A stretch of DNA of 36,870 nucleotides, from the NCBI GenBank assembly GCA_021819805.1, contig JAKAEX010000001.1:1-36870 (forward strand), read 5' to 3'. The stretch comes from a bacterium (lineage in GTDB: Bacteria > Patescibacteriota > Patescibacteriia > Patescibacteriales > Patescibacteriaceae). The position numbers were made by a program, and so were the translations under genes. The notes under the pieces are model-generated. The model had not been told where the DNA came from. It saw nothing but the letters and a program-made list of their open reading frames with translations, and ran no database searches. Positions 9,382-18,217 of this stretch are shown here, piece by piece; position 1 is the stretch's first letter; every line of letters begins with the position of its first letter.

Positions 9382-10644
9382 TTATTCGTGGCGTAAGGCT
9401 TCAATCGGATTTAATTTGCTGGCGCGAAAAGCCGGATAAAGACCAAAAATAACGCCGATGCCAATAGAAATAGAAACGGAAATAGCGATTGAAAACCAAG
9501 AGAAACTATAACCCCATTCATAGCCCAGGCCATTAACCACCAGCGACACGCCGACCGATACCAGTTCGCCGATAATAATGCCGATTAAGCCGCCAACTAA
9601 AGTGATAACGCCTGATTCAACCAAAAATTGCCAGCGGATATCTTGATTAGTGGCGCCGACGGCTTTACGCAAACCGATTTCGCGCGTGCGCTGAGCCACG
9701 CGAATCAACATGATGTTCATAATACCGATACCGCCGACCAAGAGCGATAAACCGGCCATGGCGGCCAAGAAAAATTTCAAGGAATTAGTCACAGTTTTAA
9801 TAGTGTTAATAGCTTCAGCCGATGAGCGAACCGTAAAGTCATCGTTGGCGCCGGAAGAATCACTAATGCCGTGGCGTTCGCGCAAAGTTAGTTTAACCAT
9901 ATCAATGGCCTGCGGCACATCGTCGGCTGTATTAACTTTAAGGCGCAACATATTAATATGGTTAATGCCCAAAATTAATTTTTGCATGGAAGTAATCGGC
10001 AATAAAATATTTTCGTCGTTATTCTGAAAACCAACCGTGCCCTTGGCTTTCATCACGCCGATAACTTCAAATGATTGATTTTTTATTTTAATATTTTTAC
10101 CCAAAGCATCGGTCGCCCCGAATAAATCATCTTTGACTGTAGCGCCCAGCACAGCCACGCGCGCCACGCCCTTCTCTTCGGTCTCAGAAAAAAATCGACC
10201 CTCGGCCACTTCCGCCTGCTCTACTTCCAAGTAGTCAACAGTCGTGCCATTAACAGTGCCAGTCATTTGGTTGGAGCCCCAGCTCACAGTTTCCGAGCCA
10301 TTAACATAAGCGGCCACCGCTTTAACATTTGGCACATTGGCCGGATCTTTCATGGCCATGGCGTCTTCATAAGTAAGTGTCGTAATGGTTATGCCAAAGG
10401 CGCTGGCCGGCGGCCCTTTGTCTTCTGATTTGCCGGGTAAAACCCCAACTAAAGTCGGCCCAAAGCTTTTAACTTGAGCTAAAATCAAGTTCTGGGCGCC
10501 ATCGCCGATAGCCACAATAATAATAACCGAGCTTACGCCAATAATAATGCCTAAGGCTGTCAAAAAGCTACGGCTCTTGTTTTGCCGCAGATTTCTTAAT
10601 GAATTAAGGATTAATTCCTTAAGATAGAGGTAATGCCTTGACAT
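9382..10644 (-). CDS. ABC transporter permease, MacB/FtsX family (paralog 1)
   Basis: Same architecture as the neighbouring gene: EIGLRKAVGAT motif and ...NPIEALRHE C-terminus. It sits 3 nt upstream of paralog 2. Confidence 0.9.
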   Translation of the reverse strand: MSRHYLYLKELILNSLRNLRQNKSRSFLTALGIIIGVSSVIIIVAIGDGAQNLILAQVKSFGPTLVGVLPGKSEDKGPPASAFGITITTLTYEDAMAMKDPANVPNVKAVAAYVNGSETVSWGSNQMTGTVNGTTVDYLEVEQAEVAEGRFFSETEEKGVARVAVLGATVKDDLFGATDALGKNIKIKNQSFEVIGVMKAKGTVGFQNNDENILLPITSMQKLILGINHINMLRLKVNTADDVPQAIDMVKLTLRERHGISDSSGANDDFTVRSSAEAINTIKTVTNSLKFFLAAMAGLSLLVGGIGIMNIMLIRVAQRTREIGLRKAVGATNQDIRWQFLVESGVITLVGGLIGIIIGELVSVGVSLVVNGLGYEWGYSFSWFSIAISVSISIGIGVIFGLYPAFRASKLNPIEALRHE

Positions 10645-10651
10645 TTTTTAA

Positions 10652-10680
10652 ATTATGTGATTTAATAATAAAAACTACAA
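10652..10680 (-). promoter_or_regulatory. Candidate promoter for the permease pair (leaderless geometry)
   Basis: On the minus strand: TTGTAG (10675-10680), 17-nt spacer, CATAAT (10652-10657), then 7 nt (TTAAAAA) to the ATG at 10644. No SD is present. Confidence 0.3.
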
Positions 10681-10714
10681 ACGCACCTTTTATTAACAAA
10701 AACGGAGAATAAAT

Positions 10715-11071
10715 ATGGAAACAGCCAGCACTCTGTCGATAATGACAAAAGTTGACTCTGTCTTCTATGACTTTGCCGATCTTAATTTGCCATCTGGCTT
10801 GAAAATAGCAGTTGGCATAGAAACAGGATTCCTAACCGCCTCGGAAAGAGACTTGTTTTGCCTTAATGATCTTAGGAAAAAAATAAGTCTTAATATCTTT
10901 GAAAAATTGATTGCTAATAAAGACACCAAAATAACAGCCGTAAGCACTTTTATGAACAAAAATTACGGACGTTTGCTACTGGCCAAGCCTAACCAAGATT
11001 CCTTCCAATTATCCAATGAAGACTTCAAGGCCTTGGAAGAACATTTAAGAACCAGGTTAGCAGTTTGGTAA
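10715..11071 (+). CDS. Hypothetical protein (118 aa), orphan
   Basis: A GGAG RBS lies 8 nt upstream of the ATG and a strong hairpin terminator follows. I recognise no motif. Confidence 0.55.
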   Translation: METASTLSIMTKVDSVFYDFADLNLPSGLKIAVGIETGFLTASERDLFCLNDLRKKISLNIFEKLIANKDTKITAVSTFMNKNYGRLLLAKPNQDSFQLSNEDFKALEEHLRTRLAVW

Positions 11072-11095
11072 TCAATAATTTCGTTTTTGAAAAAT

Positions 11096-11125
11096 AGCCG
11101 CTTAAATTAAGAGCGGCTTTTTTTA
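11096..11125. terminator. Bidirectional Rho-independent terminator
   Basis: Stem AGCCGCT (11096-11102) pairs with AGCGGCT (11112-11118). A T7 run follows on the plus strand and AAAAAT precedes it, giving a U-tract for the minus-strand ATPase gene. Confidence 0.65.
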
Positions 11126-11142
11126 TTGTCAAGAAAGCGGGA

Positions 11143-11166
11143 GAAATAAAAATATATTTTTATTTC
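11143..11166. repeat. Perfect 24-bp AT-rich palindrome
   Basis: GAAATAAAAATA immediately followed by TATTTTTATTTC, read directly from the sequence. Confidence 0.9.
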
Positions 11167-11200
11167 CGAGCGAACGCGGATAACGTGCCACTCCAGCGGC

Positions 11201-11917
11201 CTATTTCAGCAATTCGCCGTCGCGCGCTTTGCGGCGATGCTTAACTTCATAGTCGTCGGTAATTTCTCCGTCTTTAATTTTAATAATGCGCTTGGCGTGT
11301 TCGGAGGTGTAGGTTTCGTGCGTGACCAAAATAATCGTATTGCCGGCCTCATTCAGGTCTTGGAGCAATTCCATAATTTGCGTGCCGGACTTTGAGTCCA
11401 AGTTGCCGGTCGGTTCATCGGCAAAAATAACCGCCGGTTCATTAACCAAAGCGCGAGCAATAGCTACGCGCTGTTTTTCACCGCCGGAAATTTGGTTGGT
11501 GTGATACTCCAAGCGATGGCTTAAACCGACGCTTTCCAAAACCTTAATCGCCCGCTCGGTTGGATCAAAGCTTTTATCATGACGATAAACCAAGGGTAAT
11601 TTAACATTTTCCAGCACCGTAGTGCGCGGCAATAAATTAAAAGCTTGAAAAACAAAACCGATTTCCGTATTGCGCATCTTGGCCAATTCGTTATCGTCTA
11701 AACTATGAACATTTTTGTCATTAAATTTATAGGTGCCGCTGGTTGGCCGATCTAAAAAACCCATGATATGCATCAGGGTTGACTTGCCCGAACCGGACGG
11801 GCCCATAATGGAAATAAATTCGCCTTTGGCAACATCAAAAGTAATACCGTGCAAAACTTTAGTCACGACTTCCTCGTTGTGAAAATCTTTTTTAACATTA
11901 TGAAGCGAAATTAACAT
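11201..11917 (-). CDS. ABC transporter ATP-binding protein (MacB/LolD-type)
   Basis: Walker [10 protein letters not shown], signature [15 protein letters not shown], Walker [12 protein letters not shown]. The start overlaps the adaptor stop by 1 nt (TAATG). Confidence 0.95.
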   Translation of the reverse strand: MLISLHNVKKDFHNEEVVTKVLHGITFDVAKGEFISIMGPSGSGKSTLMHIMGFLDRPTSGTYKFNDKNVHSLDDNELAKMRNTEIGFVFQAFNLLPRTTVLENVKLPLVYRHDKSFDPTERAIKVLESVGLSHRLEYHTNQISGGEKQRVAIARALVNEPAVIFADEPTGNLDSKSGTQIMELLQDLNEAGNTIILVTHETYTSEHAKRIIKIKDGEITDDYEVKHRRKARDGELLK

Positions 11918-13680
11918 TAGTTGGTGGTTTTAGTATTGTCTTTGATGTAGGTAATGATTTCATCCCCTTCTTTAACGCCGGAAATTACCTCCACCATGCC
12001 GCCATCGCCCGATAAACCCAAATTAACCGGCACTTCAGTCATGGTTTGGCCGTTGAGTACGCGCACATATTTATTACCTTCTTTATCAACTACGGCTCGA
12101 GCCGGCACCATTAAAGTGTCATCTTTAGCGGCTGTTTTAATTTCGGCCGTGGCTGTCATGCCCGGTTTAACTTCTTTATCGCCGGGCGTAAAGTCAACTT
12201 TAACCTTATAATAAGTTACGCCCTGAATCACGGTTTCAGCCGGTTCAATAAAAATAACCTTGCCCTCAAATTTAACACTGTCGCCATAGGCGTCCAAAGT
12301 AACTGCCGCCGGGTCGTCAAGTTTAATTTTGGCAATATCGGTTTCCGCCACGTCAATTTCTATTTCATAATGATTTTGTGCAATCATCACAATTACCGGC
12401 TTGGTTGTCATGGTTTGTTCGCCGACTTTATAATTTACCTGAGAAACAATGCCGTCAATCGGCGCTTTAATCGTGTCATTAGCCATCTGGTTTCTGATTA
12501 AATCCAAAGATGATTGAGCCTGAGACACTTGCGCGCGCGCCAATGCCACATCTTCCGAGCGAGCCTTGGCCGTTATCTGTTTTAATTGCGCTTCGGCTGT
12601 TTTTAAACCGGCGGAAGCCGCCGAATTGGTTTTGGTGGCGGTAATTTTAGCGGTCGCTAAAGTATTTTTAGCAGAGATGGTAGCATTATCCAAAGCCACC
12701 TTAGCGTCATCTAAAGCTTGCTTAGCGGCTTGCAAACTGGCTACGGCCGTTGAAATGGTGGTTGATTGAGTGGAGATGGTGGTTTTATCAGCGTCTAAGG
12801 TTGCTTGAGAAAAATCAACGGCGGTAATGCTGTATTCCAGGGCGTTGAAACAATAATTTAAATCCTTAAAAACCAAGTTCAAGGCGCTAATCATGGAATT
12901 ATAATAAGCTGTCAAACCGGCGATATCGCTGGCGTCAGCCGGCCGCTTGGCGTTGGCTGCATCCAAAGCGTTATCGGCTAAAATATAGGTACTCTTGGTA
13001 TTAATTAAATAGGCATCATTTCTGACACTTAAATAATTTTTAAGATTAGTGTCGTCTGTGAGCCGCTTGACGGCGTCCAGAGCGGCCACGCCGACAATTA
13101 GTTTGTTATCTAAGGTGGTTAAGAGCGCATCAACTTTATTATCATAAGATTGGCGATAAGTTGATTTGGTGCCTCCGGCCGTTTGATTAATCAAGTCATC
13201 ATAAGTTTGCTGAGCTTGCGCCACAGCTTCGGCATTGCTGGTTTGAGTTTTATCCAAATTATCTTGCGCCGCTTGATAGTTAGCTTCGGCCACGGCGATA
13301 TCCTCGCTGGAAGCGCCAGCCAAAAGCTTGTTGAGCTTGGCTTGCGCCACAGTTAGGTTGGCTTCCGCCTCTCTGGCCTTGATTAAATAATCAGAATCAT
13401 CCAGCTTGGCTAAACTGTCGCCGCTTTTAATTTGTTTGCCAACGTCGGTGTTGATGACGGCCAGCTTGCCCGGACTTAAAAAATTAAGTTCCAGTTGGTC
13501 AATCGGCTTAATCGTGCCGGTTTCGGAAACCGTCTGGATCAATTTGCCGCGGACAGCTTTAACCGTGGTGTATTCAATCTTTGGTTTGCGGTTGGCTAAA
13601 ACAGCCCAAGTTATGCCGGCAATGGCTAAAACAAGAATAACTGTAAAAATAAACCTTTTTCTGATTCTTAATCTTCTCAT
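11917..13680 (-). CDS. HlyD/MacA-family membrane fusion (periplasmic adaptor) protein with an extended alpha-helical hairpin
   Basis: N-terminal TM, split lipoyl halves (GKLAVINTDVGKQIKSGDSLAKLDD and IKAPIDGIVSQVNYKVGE), and about 300 aa of Ala/Gln/Thr-rich coiled coil between them. Confidence 0.9.
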   Translation of the reverse strand: MRRLRIRKRFIFTVILVLAIAGITWAVLANRKPKIEYTTVKAVRGKLIQTVSETGTIKPIDQLELNFLSPGKLAVINTDVGKQIKSGDSLAKLDDSDYLIKAREAEANLTVAQAKLNKLLAGASSEDIAVAEANYQAAQDNLDKTQTSNAEAVAQAQQTYDDLINQTAGGTKSTYRQSYDNKVDALLTTLDNKLIVGVAALDAVKRLTDDTNLKNYLSVRNDAYLINTKSTYILADNALDAANAKRPADASDIAGLTAYYNSMISALNLVFKDLNYCFNALEYSITAVDFSQATLDADKTTISTQSTTISTAVASLQAAKQALDDAKVALDNATISAKNTLATAKITATKTNSAASAGLKTAEAQLKQITAKARSEDVALARAQVSQAQSSLDLIRNQMANDTIKAPIDGIVSQVNYKVGEQTMTTKPVIVMIAQNHYEIEIDVAETDIAKIKLDDPAAVTLDAYGDSVKFEGKVIFIEPAETVIQGVTYYKVKVDFTPGDKEVKPGMTATAEIKTAAKDDTLMVPARAVVDKEGNKYVRVLNGQTMTEVPVNLGLSGDGGMVEVISGVKEGDEIITYIKDNTKTTN

Positions 13681-13721
13681 ATAAATAAACTACAATAATC
13701 GGGCCTTTGCCCGTTTTTTAT

Positions 13722-13730
13722 ATTATAACA
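13722..13730 (-). promoter_or_regulatory. Extended -10 promoter element TGTTATAAT upstream of the adaptor/ATPase operon
   Basis: The minus strand reads TGTTATAAT, 41 nt upstream of the ATG at 13680. Confidence 0.4.
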
Positions 13731-13741
13731 AAAATTTTAGC

Positions 13742-14668
13742 TTAAAACAAACCCAAATACTGAATTTCTTCCTCTAGTTTTATCTGATATTTGGCCTCGG
13801 CCGCCTGTTTAATTTTGTCAATTAAAGCCTTAACCTCTTTGGCTGTCGCCGCCTGGCGATTAACAATAAAATTGGCGTGCTCTTGGCTCACTTCAGCACC
13901 GCCGTTTTGCTGGCCTTTAAAGCCCAAGTTATCTACGACCAAGGCGCAGGCTAATTTGCCGCCTTTAATTTTCTCGCTGGCGGCCAAAACTTCAACCAAC
14001 TGATCAGCTGCCGTTAAGTTCTTAAAAACACAGCCGGCGCTGGGCAACTGAGGCTGTTTAGCCAGGCGTTCGGCCAAAATCTTAGCCATACTCTGACTGA
14101 TTAATTCTTGGTCGCCGGGTTTGAGAGCAAAAACCGCTTGCCAAATTATTTTACTCGGGTCTTGTTTGAACAAGCTGTGGCGATAGGCAAAATTTAGTTG
14201 ACTGGCCGGCAGAGTTTTAAATTGTTGGTCGCTTGTATCAAAAAACTCAACTTCCAACAAAGCCTCGCCGGTGGCTTGGCCATAAGCGCCGGCATTGCCT
14301 CTAACGGCGCCGCCCACGCTGCCTGGAATGCCTGAAGCCCATTCCAAGCCGCTCAAGCCCTTAATTTCCGACAAAGCAACCAAGTCGCTTAATCTGGCGC
14401 CGGCTCCGGCTATTAATTGTTCACCCTTATCAATTAAATCTTCATTTTTTAGTTTAATAACCAAGCCGTCAAAACCTTGATCGCTCACTAATAAGTTGCT
14501 GCCGCCGCCTAAAATAAACCAAGCCAAGTTTTCAGCCTGGCTGTAAGCTATCGCCTCTTGCAATTCCTCTTTGGTTTTGACTTCAACAAAATATTTAGCC
14601 GGACCGCCGATTTTAAAAGTCGTGTAAGGCGCTAAAATAATATTATTTTTTATTTTATCTTTAATCAT
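13742..14668 (-). CDS. murB: UDP-N-acetylenolpyruvoylglucosamine reductase
   Basis: FAD-binding N-terminus (YTTFKIGGPAKYF, ILGGGSNLLVSD), GIPGSVGGAVRGNAGAYG, 308 aa, and dcw-cluster context. Confidence 0.9.
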   Translation of the reverse strand: MIKDKIKNNIILAPYTTFKIGGPAKYFVEVKTKEELQEAIAYSQAENLAWFILGGGSNLLVSDQGFDGLVIKLKNEDLIDKGEQLIAGAGARLSDLVALSEIKGLSGLEWASGIPGSVGGAVRGNAGAYGQATGEALLEVEFFDTSDQQFKTLPASQLNFAYRHSLFKQDPSKIIWQAVFALKPGDQELISQSMAKILAERLAKQPQLPSAGCVFKNLTAADQLVEVLAASEKIKGGKLACALVVDNLGFKGQQNGGAEVSQEHANFIVNRQAATAKEVKALIDKIKQAAEAKYQIKLEEEIQYLGLF

Positions 14669-14671
14669 ACT

Positions 14672-16048
14672 TTAACTTTTAACTAATTGTTGCCCTATCC
14701 GAAACACATCCCCTGCTCCCATCAAAACCACAACTTCATCGCCTTGAATCGTTTGCCGCAAATAGGCTTCAGCTTGTTCCAAATTAGGCTGATAAATAGT
14801 TTCTAAAGCGGGTTTAGCTTGTTTGATGGCGGCAATTAAATCTTGGGAGGAAAAATCGCTGGCCGCTTCGCGCGCGCTGGCATAGATTTCCAAAACAATT
14901 AATTTATCAACATCCTCAAAGCTTGTCGCAAAATCATCAAGGAGAGCTTCGGTGCGGCTAAAAGTATGAGGATGAAAAACCACCACAATTTTTTTATCGG
15001 GGTAAAGCTGTTTTAGACCGGCGATGGAAGCCTTAATTTCTGTCGGGTGATGGGCATAATCATCATAAATAATCGCTTGCTTAAATTCGCCCAATTTTTC
15101 CAAACGACGGCTGGTGCCGCAAAACTCGGCCAAAGCGATTCTCAACAAACGCAAATCAGCGCCCAACTCCAGACTGGCGGCAATTACCGCCAAAGCGTTT
15201 GAAACATTGTGTTGGCCGGGCAGACAGATAGAAAAATCGCCCAAATCATCGGCGCCCATTTTTACTTTAAAATATTGCCGGCCATTTTGATATTTAAGAT
15301 CATAAGCTTTGAATTCAGCTTCAGCTTCTATAGCATAACTTAAAAGCTTGGCTTGAGCGTTGCCGGCCAATCGCCTAACGATGGCGTCGTCAAAATTAGC
15401 CACCAAAGCCTCTTTATCTGTAAGCTTATTAACAAAATCGGCAAAAGCCTGTTCATAAGCCGCCCTATCCGGAAAAAAATCAGGATGATCATAATCAACA
15501 TTATTCAAGAGAATCATTTTCGGCTTCAAAGCGGCTAACTTATTTTGGTATTCATCGGCTTCGGCCACCAGCAGGTTTGATTTGCCAACCAAACAAGCGC
15601 CGCCGAATTGCGGCACACAGGCGCCGACCAAAACGCTCGGCTTCAACTCAGCTTGATTTAAAACAAAACCCAGCCAGGCGCTGGTAGTGGTCTTGCCGTG
15701 CGAACCGGCGACGGCAATGCCAAAACTTTGATTAAACACCTCAGCCAAAGCTTCGGCGTAAGTCATAACTTTGCGGCCGCTCATTAAGGCCGCTTTAACT
15801 TCTTCGTTGCTATTATTATAAGCCGTTGAATAAATTATCAAATCTGCGTCCAAATCAAGATTGTCCGCCTTAAAACCGGTTTTGATTTTTATACCCGACT
15901 TAGCCAGAGCTTCGTCAGTCATAAAAACTTCAGCCGTGTCGCTACCGCTGATGGTAATGCCTTGACCGGCTAAATATTGGGCCAGCATGGTCATGCCCAC
16001 GCCCTTAATGCCAATCATGTATATATTTTTGATCTTTAACCAATCCAT
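14672..16048 (-). CDS. murC: UDP-N-acetylmuramate--L-alanine ligase
   Basis: IGIKGVGMTMLAQYL N-terminus, Mur ligase P-loop VAGSHGKTTT, DDYAHHPTEI C-terminal block. Confidence 0.95.
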   Translation of the reverse strand: MDWLKIKNIYMIGIKGVGMTMLAQYLAGQGITISGSDTAEVFMTDEALAKSGIKIKTGFKADNLDLDADLIIYSTAYNNSNEEVKAALMSGRKVMTYAEALAEVFNQSFGIAVAGSHGKTTTSAWLGFVLNQAELKPSVLVGACVPQFGGACLVGKSNLLVAEADEYQNKLAALKPKMILLNNVDYDHPDFFPDRAAYEQAFADFVNKLTDKEALVANFDDAIVRRLAGNAQAKLLSYAIEAEAEFKAYDLKYQNGRQYFKVKMGADDLGDFSICLPGQHNVSNALAVIAASLELGADLRLLRIALAEFCGTSRRLEKLGEFKQAIIYDDYAHHPTEIKASIAGLKQLYPDKKIVVVFHPHTFSRTEALLDDFATSFEDVDKLIVLEIYASAREAASDFSSQDLIAAIKQAKPALETIYQPNLEQAEAYLRQTIQGDEVVVLMGAGDVFRIGQQLVKS

Positions 16049-17122
16049 TTATTTTACTAATTCCTTAATGATTTTTATTATCTCTTCGTTGGCGTCTGTT
16101 TTTAAAGTCTTTTGCAAATTATGCCCTAAACTGTTTAATTTTTTAGCATCAGCCAAAACTTCTTTGATCTGGCGATAGAGTTCGGGCGAATTTAATTTTT
16201 TCTGATTTAAAACTATGGCCGCCTGCGTCTCAGCTAAAACTTTAGCATTGGCTTCCTGATGCGAGTCGGGCATCGGGATAATAATGGCGGGCTTAGCTAA
16301 ATAAGCCAATTCGGCCAAGGTGCCCATGCCGGCGCGGCTAACCACCAAATCGGCCGCCGCATAAGCCTTGGCTATAGCTGATTGATCTAAAATTGCCGCC
16401 TGATAATAACCTGACGAACCAACAATTTTAAGCCCTTTGCCTGTCCCCGTCAAGTGAATCAGCTGGCAAACTTGCGTTAAATTATAAAGATTGTCGGTAA
16501 TCAAGCGATTTAAACGGCTGGCGCCGGTGCCACCGCCTAAAACTAAAACCACCGGCCGATCATTATTTAATTTAAAATATTTTAAAGCCTCAGCTTTGGC
16601 GCCGATATGATCAAATAAATGCTGTCTAATCGGCAAACCGGTCCAAGTCGCCTCGCTGTAATCTTTAGTTGATTTCTTAAAGCTTACAGTGATCCGCTTG
16701 GCCAAACGAGCCATCAACTTATTAGCTAAGCCCGGCACATAATCTAATTGATGAACCAAGACTGGAATTCTTAACAACCAAGCGGCCGCCACCACGCCCA
16801 CGCTCACAAAACTGCCGGCCGTGATAACCGCCTTGGGTTTTATTTTCTTTAAAAGCCAAAAACTTTTAACCAAGCCGGCCAAAAACAAAAATGGTGTAAA
16901 GAAATTTTGCCAGCTCCAATAACGGCGCAACTTGCCGGCCGGCACGAACAAAAACGGCAAGCCTTCGATTGCCAACAAATCTTTTTCCGGCCCGATTTTT
17001 GTACCGATAAAAATTAGATGAAAATCATCCCGCAAGTCATCAGCCAAAGCCAAAAGCGGCACGACTGAACCGAGCGTTCCGCCGCCGGTTAAAACCAAAT
17101 TGTCTTTTATTTGTTTGCTCAT
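16049..17122 (-). CDS. murG: UDP-GlcNAc:lipid I N-acetylglucosaminyltransferase
   Basis: TGGGTLGSVVPLLAL N-terminal G-loop, GGGTGASRLN, SRAGMGTLAEL, HQEANA. It abuts murC and overlaps ftsW by 4 nt. Confidence 0.9.
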   Translation of the reverse strand: MSKQIKDNLVLTGGGTLGSVVPLLALADDLRDDFHLIFIGTKIGPEKDLLAIEGLPFLFVPAGKLRRYWSWQNFFTPFLFLAGLVKSFWLLKKIKPKAVITAGSFVSVGVVAAAWLLRIPVLVHQLDYVPGLANKLMARLAKRITVSFKKSTKDYSEATWTGLPIRQHLFDHIGAKAEALKYFKLNNDRPVVLVLGGGTGASRLNRLITDNLYNLTQVCQLIHLTGTGKGLKIVGSSGYYQAAILDQSAIAKAYAAADLVVSRAGMGTLAELAYLAKPAIIIPMPDSHQEANAKVLAETQAAIVLNQKKLNSPELYRQIKEVLADAKKLNSLGHNLQKTLKTDANEEIIKIIKELVK

Positions 17123-18213
17123 CTGCTTATTTGCTTACTGATATTAACTAAGACCCCTAAAGCGGCCATATTGGCCAGCACCGCCGAGCCGCCATAACTA
17201 ACGAGCGGCAAAGGCACGCCGGTCATCGGCATAAAATTAATGACGCCGCCGATATTGACAATTGCCTGCGCCATCAGCCAAACAACAATGCCAAAACTTA
17301 AATTCCGGCCAAAGTCATCGCCGACCCGATAGGCTATTTTATAGCCTTTTAAAAAAATAAAGCCATACAACAAAATCATAACCAGGCAAAAAACAAAACC
17401 GACTTCTTCGGCAATGATGCCAAAAATAAAGTCATTTTGCACTTCGGGCAAATACAAAAATTTTTGCCGACTCTCGCCCAAGCCTCGGCCGATTAAACCG
17501 CCGGAACCAACAGCAATCAATGATTGGTTAAGTTGATAGCATTTGTCGCCCGGACTGAAAGCCGGGTTAAAGAAACAATGAAAACGGTCTTGCTGGTATG
17601 GTTTAATCGCCAGCAAAACCGACAAGCACAAAGCCCCGCCCAATAAGATGCCGCCGATAACTTTCAAACTGCCGCCGGCAATATAATAAACCGACAAGGC
17701 GGTAATGGTAATAATAATCAAGGTGCCCAAGTCCGGCTGCATCAACATTAACAAAGCGATAACCGCAAACGACATTAAGAAAGGCACAGTTTTGGCCGCC
17801 GCCGATTCGGCATTGGCAAACAAGGCCGAGATATAAACCAAAAAACAAAACTTAACCAATTCCGATGGCTGAAGCGAAAAGCCGAAAATATTAATCCAAC
17901 TCATAGCTCGGCCGCCCTTGGCCAAACCCGGCACAAACACCAACAGCAATAAAACCACGGAAGAAATTAAGAGAAACAAACCGATTCTTTTTAAATATTG
18001 ATAATCCAGCCGCGACAAAAGCCAAAAAACCACTAAGCCGATTAAATAATTCAACAGCTGATGCTTGATAAAATAATTACCATCTTGATATTGATTATAG
18101 GCCACAACTGAGGAAGCGCTGGCCAGCATAACCAAACCAAAGGCCACCAAAACCCAAATGACCACAACCAAAGAACGATCTGTTTGTGCTGTTGGCTTTT
18201 TCTGCCAGATCAT
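17119..18213 (-). CDS. ftsW: SEDS-family peptidoglycan glycosyltransferase / lipid II flippase FtsW
   Basis: Polytopic protein with QPSELVKF, NDFIFGIIAEEVGF and PLPLVSYGGSA motifs. Confidence 0.9.
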   Translation of the reverse strand: MIWQKKPTAQTDRSLVVVIWVLVAFGLVMLASASSVVAYNQYQDGNYFIKHQLLNYLIGLVVFWLLSRLDYQYLKRIGLFLLISSVVLLLLVFVPGLAKGGRAMSWINIFGFSLQPSELVKFCFLVYISALFANAESAAAKTVPFLMSFAVIALLMLMQPDLGTLIIITITALSVYYIAGGSLKVIGGILLGGALCLSVLLAIKPYQQDRFHCFFNPAFSPGDKCYQLNQSLIAVGSGGLIGRGLGESRQKFLYLPEVQNDFIFGIIAEEVGFVFCLVMILLYGFIFLKGYKIAYRVGDDFGRNLSFGIVVWLMAQAIVNIGGVINFMPMTGVPLPLVSYGGSAVLANMAALGVLVNISKQISR

Positions 18214-18217
18214 AGAT

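Noticed and set aside
8131-9410. An identical 20-nt repeat, gcgtaaggcttcaatcggat, at 8131-8150 and 9391-9410.
   Set aside because: It is explained by the conserved C-terminal PIEALR(N/H)E codons of the two paralogous MacB-type permeases. It is not a mobile element or a regulatory repeat.
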